The notes beneath the pieces were generated by a model that was not told the origin of the DNA, made no database searches, and saw nothing but the letters and a program-made list of their open reading frames with translations. Shown piece by piece: positions 35,601 through 47,520 of a stretch of 64,000 bases of DNA. Position 1 is the first letter of the stretch, and every line of letters starts with the position of its first letter. This DNA comes from Cyanophora paradoxa CCMP329 (Eukaryota; Plantae; Glaucophyta): positions 20,484 to 84,483 of the forward strand of contig QPMI01000555.1 of the NCBI GenBank assembly GCA_004431415.1, given 5' to 3'. The position numbers and the translations under genes were made by a program.

Positions 35601-38498
35601 CTCGTCCTCCAGCAGGACTCTGGGGAAGGGTTTCAGAGGGGTACGGGACGGGATGAGAGCGGGGCGCCCACCCGAGGATGTCGCGGGTCTCGGGGCCGCG
35701 GCGGTACCGCCCGCCGCCGCCCGAGCCGCAGGCGGCAGCGACGATCTCGCCCTCGTGCGCGTGGCGCCCGGCCCCGCGGCCCATCAGCAGCCGCAGCAGC
35801 TCGAGGTCGGCGGCGGCCGCTGCGATCGCCGCGGCGCTCCGGCCCTCCGCGTCGCGCGCGCCGATGTCGGCGCCGGCGTCGAGCAGCGCCCGGACCGTCT
35901 CGAGGCCATCCTCGCCCTTGCTCGCGGCGACGGCGACGAGCAGCGGCGTCCGCCCGCGGGCCTCGCCCCGGCCGCGGCCCCTGCCCCTCCCCTCCTCCTC
36001 CTTCTCCGCATCCTTCGCCTCCAGCGCCGCGCCCCGCTCGATCAGGAAGCTGCGAGAGGGGCGTGAGGGGCGGATGCACGCAGAAGAACCGACGGGCGCG
36101 ACGCAAGGGAAGGGCGCACCGGACGGTCTCGGCCCCCGCCTCCGCGTTGCCCGCCGCAAGGTGCAGCGCTGCGGAGGCGGCGGCGTGCTCAAGCCGCGCA
36201 GAGGCGTGAGGGCGGGGCGCGCGCGCGTGCGCACGGGAGGAGCCCTCGCAGTACTCGTTGACGTCCGCCCCGTTGTCGAGGATCAGCCTGCAGGCGCAGG
36301 CGCCGGTCGACGTCGCCCAAGGCCCGGGCAGGCCAGGCCAGCGAGCGGGCCGGCCGGCGGGGCGCGCACCGGAGGCAGGCGTCGAAGTCCTCCGCGGACT
36401 CGCCGTGCTCGCGCCGGCCCATCAGGAGCTTGTGCAGGAGCGTCTCGCCCTGCCCCGCAGAATCTCAGAATCTCATCTAAAAGTGGGGAGGGGCCCGGGG
36501 CGCGCTCGGATGTGGGGCCCGCCGCGCTCCTCGTCAGAGAGGTACGCGAGGTTCGTGTCGACCTTTCGCTCCAGGAACCACCTGCGCGGAAGGCGTCGGA
36601 AGCTCAAGCGAGGCGAAGGCGGGGCTGGGGAGGGGTACGCGGACCTGGCGACGGAGTAGACGCCGCGCGCGAGTGCGAAGGCGAGCGCCTGAGCCACGGC
36701 GGGGTGCCGCGTCGGCAGCCGCAGCCCCGCCTCCTCCAGCGCCCTGGGTACGGTGATGCAGGCCTGGGTATGGCGCGAAAGGCAGGGGAGGGGGTGGGAG
36801 GGGGTACGGGTACGCACGCGAGGATGGTGAGGCGGTTTTTCGTGTACATGCCCGAGACCTGCGGCCGGGTGAGAACGAAGGAAAAAGGGCCCCGACGGGG
36901 CTCGAACCTGGTAGAGGAGGTTCTGCTCGATGGTGCACGTGTCCTGCCATCCGTAGAAGGGGTCGGCCCCCGCCCGCAGAAGCTCCCTGCGAGGGTGGCG
37001 TGGGCCGAACGAACAAAGAGGAGCGAGACTAACGATAACAAGAGGAGATCTAGACAAATCAAAGCACTGCAGGGTCTTGAGCATCAGAGGCGCCTTCTCG
37101 TGGGCGCTCGAGGCGAGCGGCCGCATGATGGGCGTCCGGTTCGACGCGTCCGCCTGGTTGACCGGCGCCCCCGCCTCCAGCAGCGCCCTTCTCTCTCGGG
37201 TCAGACGGCGGCTCGGACGCTCAGGCGGCAAAGACGGCTCGGACGGCGCACCGGACGGAGGGTATGTCGAAGTTGAACGCGGCGGCGTGCAGGGCGGGGC
37301 ACCACGCCGAGTCCAGCACGCCGCTCGCTTTCAGGGCCTGCCGGGGTACAGGTCCGCGCGCGTCAGGGCGGTCTGCACGCCGCCGATCGCGAGGGGGGTA
37401 CGTGTACGCGCATTGGGGTTCGCGGGATCGGCCCCGCACTGCAGGAGGGCCCGCACGGCCTCCAGGCGCCCCTCCTTCGCCGCGAGGCCTGCCCCGATTG
37501 GATGTTGGCGCCGATTCGAGGGCCGGGGGCGCAGGGGGCCGGGCACTGACCGAGGGCGCTGTTGAGGCCGGAGTCGGGGCGGTCGACGGGCGCCCCGCGC
37601 GAGGCGAGGAGGCGGACCACCGCCGCGTGGCCGCCCCGCGCCGCCCGCTCCAGCGCCGAGTAGCCCGCCAGCACGTACTCGGGCGGGGGCGGCCGCCCCT
37701 CCGCCTCGTCCTCCTCCTCCTGCTCCGGCGTGCGCCTGGGCGGGGGCACCCCCTCGACCTCGCCGGGGTCCGCCCCCCTCTCCAGCAGCTCCCGCACGCA
37801 GCCGAGGTGCCCGTTCCCCGCCGCCATCAGCAGCGGCGTGAGCCACGCGCTGTTCTCCTTCACGCGGCGTCGCGGGTCGGCGCCGGCGTCGAGGGCGACG
37901 CGGAGGCAGGCGGCCGAGCCCTCGCGCGCGGAGCCCGCCGCGATGCTCTCGACCACCTCCGCGGGGGCGCCGCCCTCGCCACCAGCTCCCTGCGCGCCCG
38001 CCCGCCGCCCCTCAGAAAGACAGAGAGAGAGAGAGAGGCGGCCCGAAGACCTAGACCGCGGGGAGGGGTGCACCGGAGGACTTCGAAGTGGCCGCCCAGC
38101 GCGGCCAGCTCGTAGGGCCCCGCCTTGTGCCCGTGCCGCGCCCCGGCGAGGCGCCCCGCGCCAGCAGCTCCCTGGCCCCGCCCGCCGCCTGTCAGAAAGA
38201 CAGGCGAGAAAGAGAGAGGGCGCGCGGGCCTCCTCAGAGAGAGATTGCGCACCGGACGAGCTCAAGGTCGCCGCGCTCGGCGGCGAGGGGCAGCGCCGCC
38301 TCAGGCGCCCTCGCCCCTTCCTCCTCCACAGCGTACGCCGCGTCGTCCACGGGGCAGCCGAGCTCCAGGAGCGCCCTGGCAGCAAGCGCGTAAAGGGACC
38401 AGCGGGCACCGGGGCGGGCGGAAGGGACGGCGCGCGCACACTGAGACTCCTCGCGGCCCAGGCCCCACTGGATGAGCGTCTAGCGGCGTCGCCGCCAT
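32686..38498 (-). pseudogene. Second ANK-TIR gene copy, lacking coiled-coil/CaaX end and separated from its upstream region
   Basis: Collinear with 13033-18912, with ATG at 38498 and SDWCMLEL kept. Homology stops at 32686. Two 1-bp homopolymer losses in exons (37963-37967, 38141-38144) could be sequencing error. Confidence 0.75.
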
Positions 38499-39480
38499 GT
38501 CTAGCGGCGCGGGGCCCGGGTCCCGCGAGTGATCGGAACCGGCGATCGGGATTTGCGCTCTCAATGCGTAAATCGAGTTTTGCGCCGACTGAATGCGAGT
38601 AAAGAAGACCGTAGCCGAGCGCCAGGCACGAAAGAGCCGAGCGACTCGCTAGCCGCGGAGCGGCGCGAGGCGAGCACGGGATGAGCAGCAGGCTGCAGCG
38701 AACGTCCCGCAGGGGACTAGCTGAACTAGCCGTTGGGCCGAGCCGGCGGGCTTGAAGCCGCCGAGCTCCGGGGGGTACGCTGATTCGGGGTTTCCCTTCA
38801 CGCCCAGCTTCGCTCGCGGCCGCTCCAGGCCACGAAGCGACCAGCGGCGAAGCGAAATCGCCACAGCCAGCACAGCAATCACTCCTAAACAGCCCTGTCG
38901 GACCGGTGGCCGCACATATCGGCCGTCCCTCCCATTGCACGGAGCCGACCCAACTCCGCAGCACCATGACTAGCTGCAGTGGAGCGCGATCCCGCGGCAG
39001 CGACTGTGAAGCAGTTCTGCCTCGTTGGCTGGCCGGAGCAAACCCTGTTCCCAGCGATCCTCCCGGAATCGGCCCCGGGCCCCGATTCACGCTTGAATCT
39101 GGTGCCTTACTGCCGTGCCGGTACGTGGATTCACGTCCGGGCCCGCCCGCCACGCTCGCATCCAGCGCGCGCTGGCTATCCCGGGGGCCCACCGTCAGTC
39201 CGCGGCCGCCGGCTTGCCTATACACTCTATAAGCGTGTATTGAGACCCGCCGCGCGATTCCGCCGGATCCCTGACCATTCCCTGCGCGCATGATCCGGGA
39301 GCTCCTCGGCGCTCGAGCCGGACGCCGCCGCCGCGCCACGCCGGCGGAGCTCGCGCAGGACCGCCCCGGCCTGCTGGCGCTCGCGCTGCAGGCCCACCGC
39401 GCCGTCGGGGCTTGGATCGTGCCTTACGCGTGATCCACCGACGGACGGTGCCCGGCCGCCCGCGCGGCTCGGGGTGGCGA

Positions 39481-40260
39481 CGGAGTACGGTTCTCGCTGG
39501 CGGAACCGCTGCGAGTCGGCCCGCTGGCGCTTGCCGCTGCGGGCCCCGTCCTCGGAGTTCCGGGGACCGCTGGCGCGGCGCGCCGCGGTCCCGGCCTGCC
39601 CCGCAGGCCCCGGCCGCGCCCGCGGCCGGCGAGCTCCACCCCGGAGTACGGCCTCGCTGGCGGAACCGCTGCGAGTCGGCCCGCTGGCGCTTGCCGCTGC
39701 GGGCCCCGTGCTCGGAGTTCCGGGGACCGCTGGCGCGGCGCGCCGCGGTCCCGGCCTGCCCCGCAGGCCCCGGCCGCGCCCGCGGCCGGCGAGCTCCACC
39801 CCGGAGTACGGCCTCGCTGGCGGATCCGCTGCGAGAGGGCCCGCTGGCGCGGCGCGCTGCGGGCCCCGTACTCGGAGTTCCGGGGACCGCTGGCGCGGCG
39901 CGCCGCGGTCCCGCCGGGCCGGCCTGCCCCGCAGGCCCCGGCCGCGCCCGCGGCCGGCGAGCTCCACCCCGGAGCACGGCCTCGCTGGCGGAACCGCTGC
40001 GAGATGGCCCGCTGGCGCTTGCCGCTGCGGGCCCCGTGCTCGGAGTTCCGGGGACCGCTGGCGCGGCGCGCCGCGGTCCCGGCCTGCCCCGCAGGCCCCG
40101 GCCGCGCCCGCGGCCGGCGAGCTCCACCCCGGAGTACGGCCTCGCTGGCGGAACCGCTGCGAGATGGCCCGCTGGCGCTTGGCACCGCTTGCCCGGCGCT
40201 GCGGGCCCCGTCCTCTGAGTTCCGGCCCGGGGACCGCTGGCGCGTCGCGCTGCGGGCCCC
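39481..40260. repeat. Tandem array, ~5 x 160 bp
   Basis: cggagtacgg/cggagcacgg unit starts at 39481, 39642, 39802, 39970 and 40130. Confidence 0.95.
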
Positions 40261-40326
40261 GCCGCCCCGAGGCCGCACTCCGTCGGAGTGCCCGCTGCGC
40301 ATGCCGGCCGCCTCGCGATCGATCGC

Positions 40327-40431
40327 GATCGCAGAGTGTTTTTGTTTTTTGTTTGTTTTCGGTCGATTTTAGTCAATTCAATGGTTGATTCGACCTAAAA
40401 CAAAACAAAACAAAAACAAAAAACAAAAAAC
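40327..40431. other. T-tract/A-tract imperfect palindrome (hinge); second copy 62270-62362
   Basis: (T4-6G)n-ggtcga...tcgacc-(A4-6C)n, preceded in both copies by gcctcgcgatcgatcgcgatcgcagagtg. Confidence 0.85.
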
Positions 40432-40939
40432 GCGAACCCGGCCGCCGCCGGCCCGCCGGCGCTGGACCGGCGGACCCGCGAACCCGCGGGCCGCGGCGGC
40501 CGGCCCGGGCCGGGGCGCCCCGCGGCCGCGCGCGCGGCGCGCGCGCGCGGCGCGCGGTCTCGCTGCCGCAGTGCCAGGCTGGCGCTTCGAATTCCGGGCG
40601 CTTCCGCTCAGAATCCGCTGCCGCAGTGCGCATCAGCAGCGCATCGATATCGCCACATGCCCGGCCGGCGGCCGGGCGGCCGCACGAAAACTAGCCGCCG
40701 TACTGCAGCCGCAGCCGCCGTGCGCGTGCGAGACACTGCGAGTCAGCCCGGACTCACTGAGTCAGCCGACGCCGCGGCGCCCGACACCGCAACTGCAGCT
40801 GCAGCTGCCTGGCTGGCGCTTCCGCTGCCGCAATGCTGTCGCTGGCACGTTACGCTGCGGACTACGGTCGACGTCCTCGCTGGCGCTCTAGATCTCGCTG
40901 CGAGTCGGCCCGCTGACGACCTTCCGCGCATCCGCGCCG

Positions 40940-43900
40940 CTCGGCTCGCCGCCACCGCCGGACCTGCTGGCGCAGGGCGGACCGACCGCTGGCTCGCCTG
41001 CGGCGCCCCCCGGCTGGAGCCCAGGGCCCCACCTCCGCCCCGAGGTCCGTCGCGGTCTCGCATGGCCTCGCACCGCCGCTCGACCCGCCGCCGCTGCATA
41101 ACCTGCTTACGCAGGGCGGGCCGGCAGCTGGCTCGCCTGCGTCGCTCTCCGGCTGGAGCCCAGGGCTCCACCTCCGCCCCGAGGTCCGTCGCGACCTCGC
41201 GCGGCCCCGCGCTGCTGCGCGACCCGCCGCCGCCGCGTAACCTGCTTACGCAGGGCGGGCAGGCCGCTGGCTCGTATGCGGCACTCTCCAGCTAGAGCCC
41301 AGGGTTCCACCGACGCCCCGAGGTCCGTCGCGGCCTCGCGCGGCCCCGCCGCGCCGCCGCTCGACCCGCCACCGCCGCATAACCTGCTTGCGCAGGGCGG
41401 GCCGCCCGTTGGCTCGCATGCAGCGCTCCCCGGCTGGAGCCCAGGGCCCCACCTCCGCCCCGCGGTCCGTCACGGCTTCGCGCGGCCCCGCGCTGCTGCT
41501 CGACATGCCACTGCCGCCTGACCTGCTTGCGCAGGGCGGGCCGCTGGTGCGCATGCAGCGCTCCCCGGCTGGAGCCCAGGGCCACACTTCCGCCCCGAGG
41601 TCCGTCACGGCCTCGCGCAGCCCCGCCGCCGCTCGACCCGCCACCGCCGCTTCAGACCCGCCGCCGCCGCATAACCTGCTTGCGCAGGGCGGGCCGACCG
41701 CTGGCTCGCATGCAGCGCTCCCCGGCTGGAGCCCAGGGCTCCACCTCTGCCCCGAGGTCCGTCACGGCTTCGCGCGGCCCCGCGCTGCCGCTCGACCCGC
41801 CGCCGCCGCATAACCTGCTTGCGCAGGGCGGGCCGGCCGCTGGCTCGCATGCAGCGCTCCCCGGCTGGAGCCCAGGGCTCCGCCTCCGCACCACGGTCCG
41901 TCACGGCCTCGCGCGGCCCCGCCGCCGCTCGACCCGCCACCGCCGCTTAACCTGCTTGCGCAGGGCGGGCCGGCCGCTGGCTCGCATGCAGCGCTCCCCG
42001 GCTGGAGCCCAGGGCTCCGCCTCCGCCCCGAGGTCCGTCACGGCCTCGCACGGCCCCGCGCTGCCGCTCGACCCGCCGCCGCCGCATAACCTGCTTGCGC
42101 AGGGCGGGCCGGCCGCTGGCTCGACCGCGGCGCTCTCCGGCTGGAGCCCAGGGCTCCACCTCCGCCCTGAGGTCCAAAAACGACCTCGCGCGGCCCCGCG
42201 CCCGCCGCTCGACCCGCCGCCGCCGCCTGCCCTGCTTGCACGGGACAGGCCGGCGGCTGGCTCGCATGCAGCGCTCCCCGGCTGGAGCCCAGGGCCCCAC
42301 CTCCGCCCCGAGGTCCGTCGCGGCCTCGCGCGGCCCCGCGCCGCCGCTCGACCCGCCGCCGCCGCCTGACCTGCTTGCACAGGGCGGGCCGGCCGCTGGC
42401 TCACCTGCCGCGCTCCCCGGCTGGAGCCCAGGGCTCCATCTCCGCCCCGAGGTCCATCACAGCCTCGCGTGGCACCGCACTGCTGCTCGGCCCGCCGCCG
42501 CCGCATCACCTGCTTGCGCAGGGCGGGCCGGCCGCTGGCTCGCATGCAGCACTCCCCGGCTGGAGCCCAGGGCTCCACCTCCGCCCCGAGGTCCGTCACG
42601 GCCTCGCGCGGCCCCGCGCTGCCGCTCGACCCGCCGCCGCCGCATAACCTGCCGCAGTGCTGGCGCGGGGCGGGCCAGCCGCTGGCTCGCAGGCAGCGCT
42701 CCCCGGCTCGAGCCCAGGGCCCCACCTCCACCCCGAGGTCCGTCACGGCCTCGCGCGGCCCCGCGCTGCCGCTCGACCCGCCGCCGCCGCATAACCTGCT
42801 TGCGCAGGGCGGGCTGGCCGCTGGCTCGCATGCAGCACTCCCCGGCTGGAGCCCAGGGCTCCACCTCCGCCCCGAGGTCCGTCACGGCCTCGCGCGGCCC
42901 CGCACTGCCGCTCGACCCGCCGCCGCCGAAAAACCTGCTTGCGCAGGGCGGGCCGGCCGCTGGTTCGCATGCAGCGCCCCCCGGCTGGAGTCCAGGGCTC
43001 CACCTCCGCTCCCGGGGTCCGTCACGGCTTCGCACGGCCCTGCGCTGCCGCTCGACCCTCCACCGCTGCATAACCTGCTTGCGCAGGGCGGGCCGCCCGT
43101 TGGCTCGCATGCAGCGCTCCCCGGCTGGAGCCCAGGGCCCCACCTCCGCCCCGAGGTCAATCACGGCCTCGCGCAGCCCCGCGCTGCTGCTCGACCCGCC
43201 GCCGCCGCATAACCTGCTTTCGCAGGGCGGGCCGGCCGCTGGCTCGCATGCAGCTCTCCACGGCTGGAGTCCAGGGCTCCACCTCCGCCCCGAGGTCCGT
43301 CACGGCCTCGCGCAGCCCCGCGCTGCCGCTCGACCCACCGCCGCCGCATAACCTGCTTGCACAGGGCGGGCCGGCCACTGGCTCGCATGCAGCGCTCCCC
43401 GGCTGGAGCTCAGGGCTCCACCGCTGCCCCGAGGTCCGTCACGGCCTCGCGCGGCCCCGCGCTGCAGCTCGGCGTACCGCCACTGCCTGACCTGCTGGCG
43501 CAGGGCGGGCCGGCCGCTGGCTCGCATGCAGCGCTCCCCGGCTGGAGCCCAGGGCTCCACCTTCACCCCGAGGCCTGTCACGGCGGCGCGCAGCCCCGCG
43601 CTACCGCTCGACCCGCCGCTGCCGCATAACATGCCTGCGCAGGGCCGGCCGCTGGCTCGCATGCAGCGCCCCCGGCTGGAGCCCAGGGCTCCACCTCCGC
43701 CCCGAGGTCCGTCACGGCTTCGCGCGACCCCGCGCTGCCGCTCGACCCGCCGCCGCCGCGTAACCTGCTTGCGCAGGGCGGGCCGGCCGCTGGCTCGCAT
43801 GCAGCGCCCCCGGCCGGAGTCCAGGGCTTCACCTCCGCCCGAGGTCCGTTCACGGCCTCGCGCGGCCCCGCGCCGCCACTCGACCCGCCACCGCCGCATA

Positions 43901-46900
43901 ACCTGCCTGCGCAGGGCGGGCCGGCAGCTGGCTCGACCGCGGCGCTCTCCGGCTGGAGCCCAGGGCCCCACCTCCGCCCCGCAGTCCGTCACGGCCTCGC
44001 GCAGCCCCGCCGCCGCTCGACCCGCCACCGCCGCTTAAGACCCGCCGCCGCCGCATAACCTGCTTGCGCAGGGCGGGCCAGCCGCTGACTCGCCCGCGGC
44101 GCCCTCCGGCTGGAGCCCAGGGCCCCACCTCCGCCCCGCGGTCCGTCGCGGCCTCGCGCGGCCCCGCGCTGCTGCCCGACCCGCCACCGTCGCTTAACCT
44201 GCTTGCGTAGGGCGGGCAGGCCGCTGGCTCGACCGCGGCGCTCTCCGGCTGGAGCCCAGGGCTCCACCTCCGCCCTGCGGTCCAAAAACGACCTCGCGCG
44301 GCCCCGCGCCCGCCTCTCGACCCGCCGCCGCCGCCTGCCCTGCTTGCACGGGACAGGTCGGCCGCTGTCTCGACCGCGGCGCTCTCCGGCTGGAGCCGAG
44401 GGCTCCGCCTCCGCCGCGAGGTCCGTCACGACCTCGCGCGGCCCCGCCACGCCGCCGCTCGACCCGCCACCGCCGCATAACCTGCTTGCGCAGGGCGGGC
44501 CAGCCGCTGACTCGCCCGCGGCGCCCTCCGGCTGGAGCCCAGGGCCCCACCTCCGCCCCGCGGTCCATCACGGCCTCGCACGGCCCCACGCTGCCGCTCG
44601 GCTCGCCGCCGCCGCATAACCTGCTTGCGCAGGACGGGCCGGCCGCTGGCTCGCATACAGCGCTCCCCGGCTGGAGCCCAGGGCTCCACCTCCGCCCCGA
44701 GGTCCGTCACGGCCTCGCGCAGCCCCGCGCTGCTGCTCGGCCCGCCGCCGCCGCATCACCTGCTTGCGCAGGGCGGGCCGGCCGCTGGCTCGCATGCAGC
44801 GCTCCCCGGCTGGAGCCCAGGGCTCCACCTCCACCCCGAGGTCCGTTCACGGCCTCGCACAGCCCCACGCCGCCACCCGGCTTGCCGCCGCCGCCTGACC
44901 TGCGGGTGCAGGGCGGGCCGGCCGCTGGCCCACCCACCGCGCTCTCCTGCTGGAGCTCAAGGCTCCACCACCTCCCCGAGGTCTGCAGCGACCTCGCGCG
45001 GCCCGGCGCCATCGCCCGGCTCGCTGCCTCCGCTTGACCGGCTGGCACAGGGCGGGCCGGCCCGTAGCCCGCCCGCGGCCGTCGGACGCTTCCTGGCTGG
45101 AGCTCAAGGCTCCGCCACCGCTCCAAGGTCTGCAGCAACCTCGCGCGATCCCGCGCCGCCGCGGAACTCGCCGCCGCCACCTGACCTGCTTGCGCAGGGC
45201 GGGCCGGCCGGTGGACCGCGCGCAGCGCCTCCTGCGGTAGCAAAAAGCTCCGCCGCCGCCCGAAGGTCCGTAGCGGCCTCGCGCGGTCCCGCGCCGCCGC
45301 TCGACCCGCTACCGCCGTCAGACCTACTCGCGAAGGGCAGGCCGGTCGCTGGCTCGCCAGCAGCGCTCTCCTGCTGGAACTCAAGCCTCCACCACCGCCC
45401 CGAGGTCTGCAGCGACCTCGCACGGCCCCGCGCCGCCGCTCGGCTCCCCGCCGCCACCTCGCCTGCTTGCGCAGGGCTGACCGGCCTCTGGCTCGCCCAC
45501 GTCACCCCCCTGCTGGAGCTCAAGGCTCCTTCGCGGCCCCGAGGTCCGTCACGGCCTCGCGCGGCCCCGCGCCGCTGCTCGACCCGCCGCCTCCGCCCGA
45601 CCTGCTTGCGCAGGGCGGGCCGGCCCCTGGCTCGCCCGCAAGGCCCCCTGGCTGAAGCTCCAGGCCCCGCTACTACACCGAGGTCTACTGCGACCTCGCG
45701 TGGCCCCGCGCCGCCGCTCGGCTCGCCGCCGCCGCCTGACCTGCTTGCGCAGGGCGGGCCGGCCGCTGGCTCGCCCGCAGCGCCTCCTACTGGAGCTCAA
45801 AGCTCCGCCGCCGCCCCAAGGTCCGTGGCGACCTCGCGTGGCCCCATGCCACAGCTCGGCTCGCCACCGCCGCCTGACCTGCGTACGCAAGGCGGGCCGG
45901 CCTTTGGCTTGCCCACGGCACTCCCCGGCTGGAGCTCGAGGCTCCACCACCTCCCCGAGGTCTGAAGCGACCTCGCGCGGCCCACACTACCGCTCGGCCC
46001 GCCGCCATCGCTCCCCCAGCTTGCGTAGGGCGGGCCGGTCTCTAGCTCGCCCGCGACGCTTCCTGGCTGGAGCGCGAGGCTCCACCCCCGCCCCGAGGTC
46101 GGCAGCGACCTCGCGCGTCCCCGCGCCGCCACTGAGCTCGCCGCCGCCGCATAACCTGCTTGCGCAGGGCGGGCCGGCCTCTGGCTCGCCAGCAGCGCTC
46201 TCCTGCTGAAGCTTATGGCCCCACCACCGCCCCGAGGTCCGCAACGACCTCGCGCGGCCCCCAGCCGCCGCCGCCTCGACTGCTAGCGCAGGGCGGGCCG
46301 ACCGCGGGCTCGCCCACGGAGCTCTCCTACTGAGCTCCAGGCCCCACCATCGCCCCGAGGTCGGTAGCGACCTCGCGCGACCCTGTGCCACCACAACGCG
46401 CGCCGCCGCCGTCTGACATGCTGGCACAGGGCGGGCCGGCCTCTGGCCCACCCGCGGCGTTCTCCTGCTGGAGCTCCAGGCTCCACCACGGCCCCGAGGC
46501 CCATCTCGACCTCGCGCGGCCCCGCACCGCCGCCGAGCTTGCCGCCGCCGCAAACCTGCTTGCGCAAGGTTGGCCGACCGCTGGCTCGCTCGTGGCGCTC
46601 CCCTGCTGGAGCGCAGCGCTCCGCTTCCGCCCCAAGGTCCGCAGCGACCTCGCGCGGCCCCTCGCCGCTGCGGAGCGCGCCACCACCGCCTAACCTGCTG
46701 GCGCAGGGCGGGGCGGCCGCTGTCTCGCCCGCGGCGCTCCCTTGCTGGAGCCCCAGGCTCCGCCTCCGCCCCGAGGCCCGTAGCAGCCTCGCGCGGCCCC
46801 GCGCCGCCGTTGAGCTCGCCGCCGCCTCCTCGCCTGCCTGCACAAAGACGTACCAGCCGTGGGGCTCGCCCGTGGCGCTCTCGTGCTGGAGCTCAAGGCT

Positions 46901-47520
46901 CCACCTCAGCCCCGAGGTCCGTTACAACCTTGCGTGGCCCCGAGCCGCCGCCCGGCTCACCGCCCCGACCGACCTGCTAGTGCAGGGCGGGCCGGCCGCT
47001 GGCTCGCCCGCAGCGCTCACGGGCTGGAGCTGAAGGCTCCGCCCCGCCCGAGGCCGGTACCGGCCTCGCGCGGCCCCGCACCGCCGCCAAGCTCGCCGCC
47101 GCCGCCTCGCCTGCTTGCACAAGGCAGACTGACCGCTGGCGTGCCCGCAGCCCCTGCTGCGGGAGCCCAGGCTCCACCGTCGCCCCAAGGTCCGTAGCCA
47201 CCTCGCGCGGCCCCGCGCTGCGGCTCGGCTAGCCGCCGCCGCCTGACCTGCTAGCTGCTGGCGCAGGGCAGGCCGGCCGCTGGCTCGCCCGCGGCACTCT
47301 CCGGCTGGAGCTCAGGCTCCGCCACCGCCCCGAGGTCTGTATACGTAGCGACCGCGCGCGGCCCCACGATCTTGCTCGTCCGCTGCCGCCGCCCCGCCTG
47401 CTGGCGCAGGGCGGGCCGTCGGTGGGCCTGCTGTCGATGCGCACCGGCTGGAGTGTTTTAACATTCCGCCGCGGCCCCGAGGTCCGTAACGGCCTCGCGC
47501 GACTTCACGCCGACGCGCAG
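40940..47520. repeat. Satellite array, ~47 x ~139 bp
   Basis: cctgcttgc unit starts at 41814, 41951, 42090, 42231, 42370, 42509 and onward. The period is not a multiple of 3. Confidence 0.97.

Noticed and set aside
37363-39339. 658-aa ORF with ankyrin tail
   Set aside because: Chance read-through from the inserted element across introns into one real exon.
40396-40431. Interstitial telomere
   Set aside because: A4-6C units are irregular and match no G-rich telomere repeat; treated as part of the hinge palindrome.
40940-47520. CRISPR array or repeat-protein gene
   Set aside because: Whole monomers repeat with no unique spacers and no cas genes. The 139-bp period shifts frame each unit and meets stops, so the long ORFs are artefacts.
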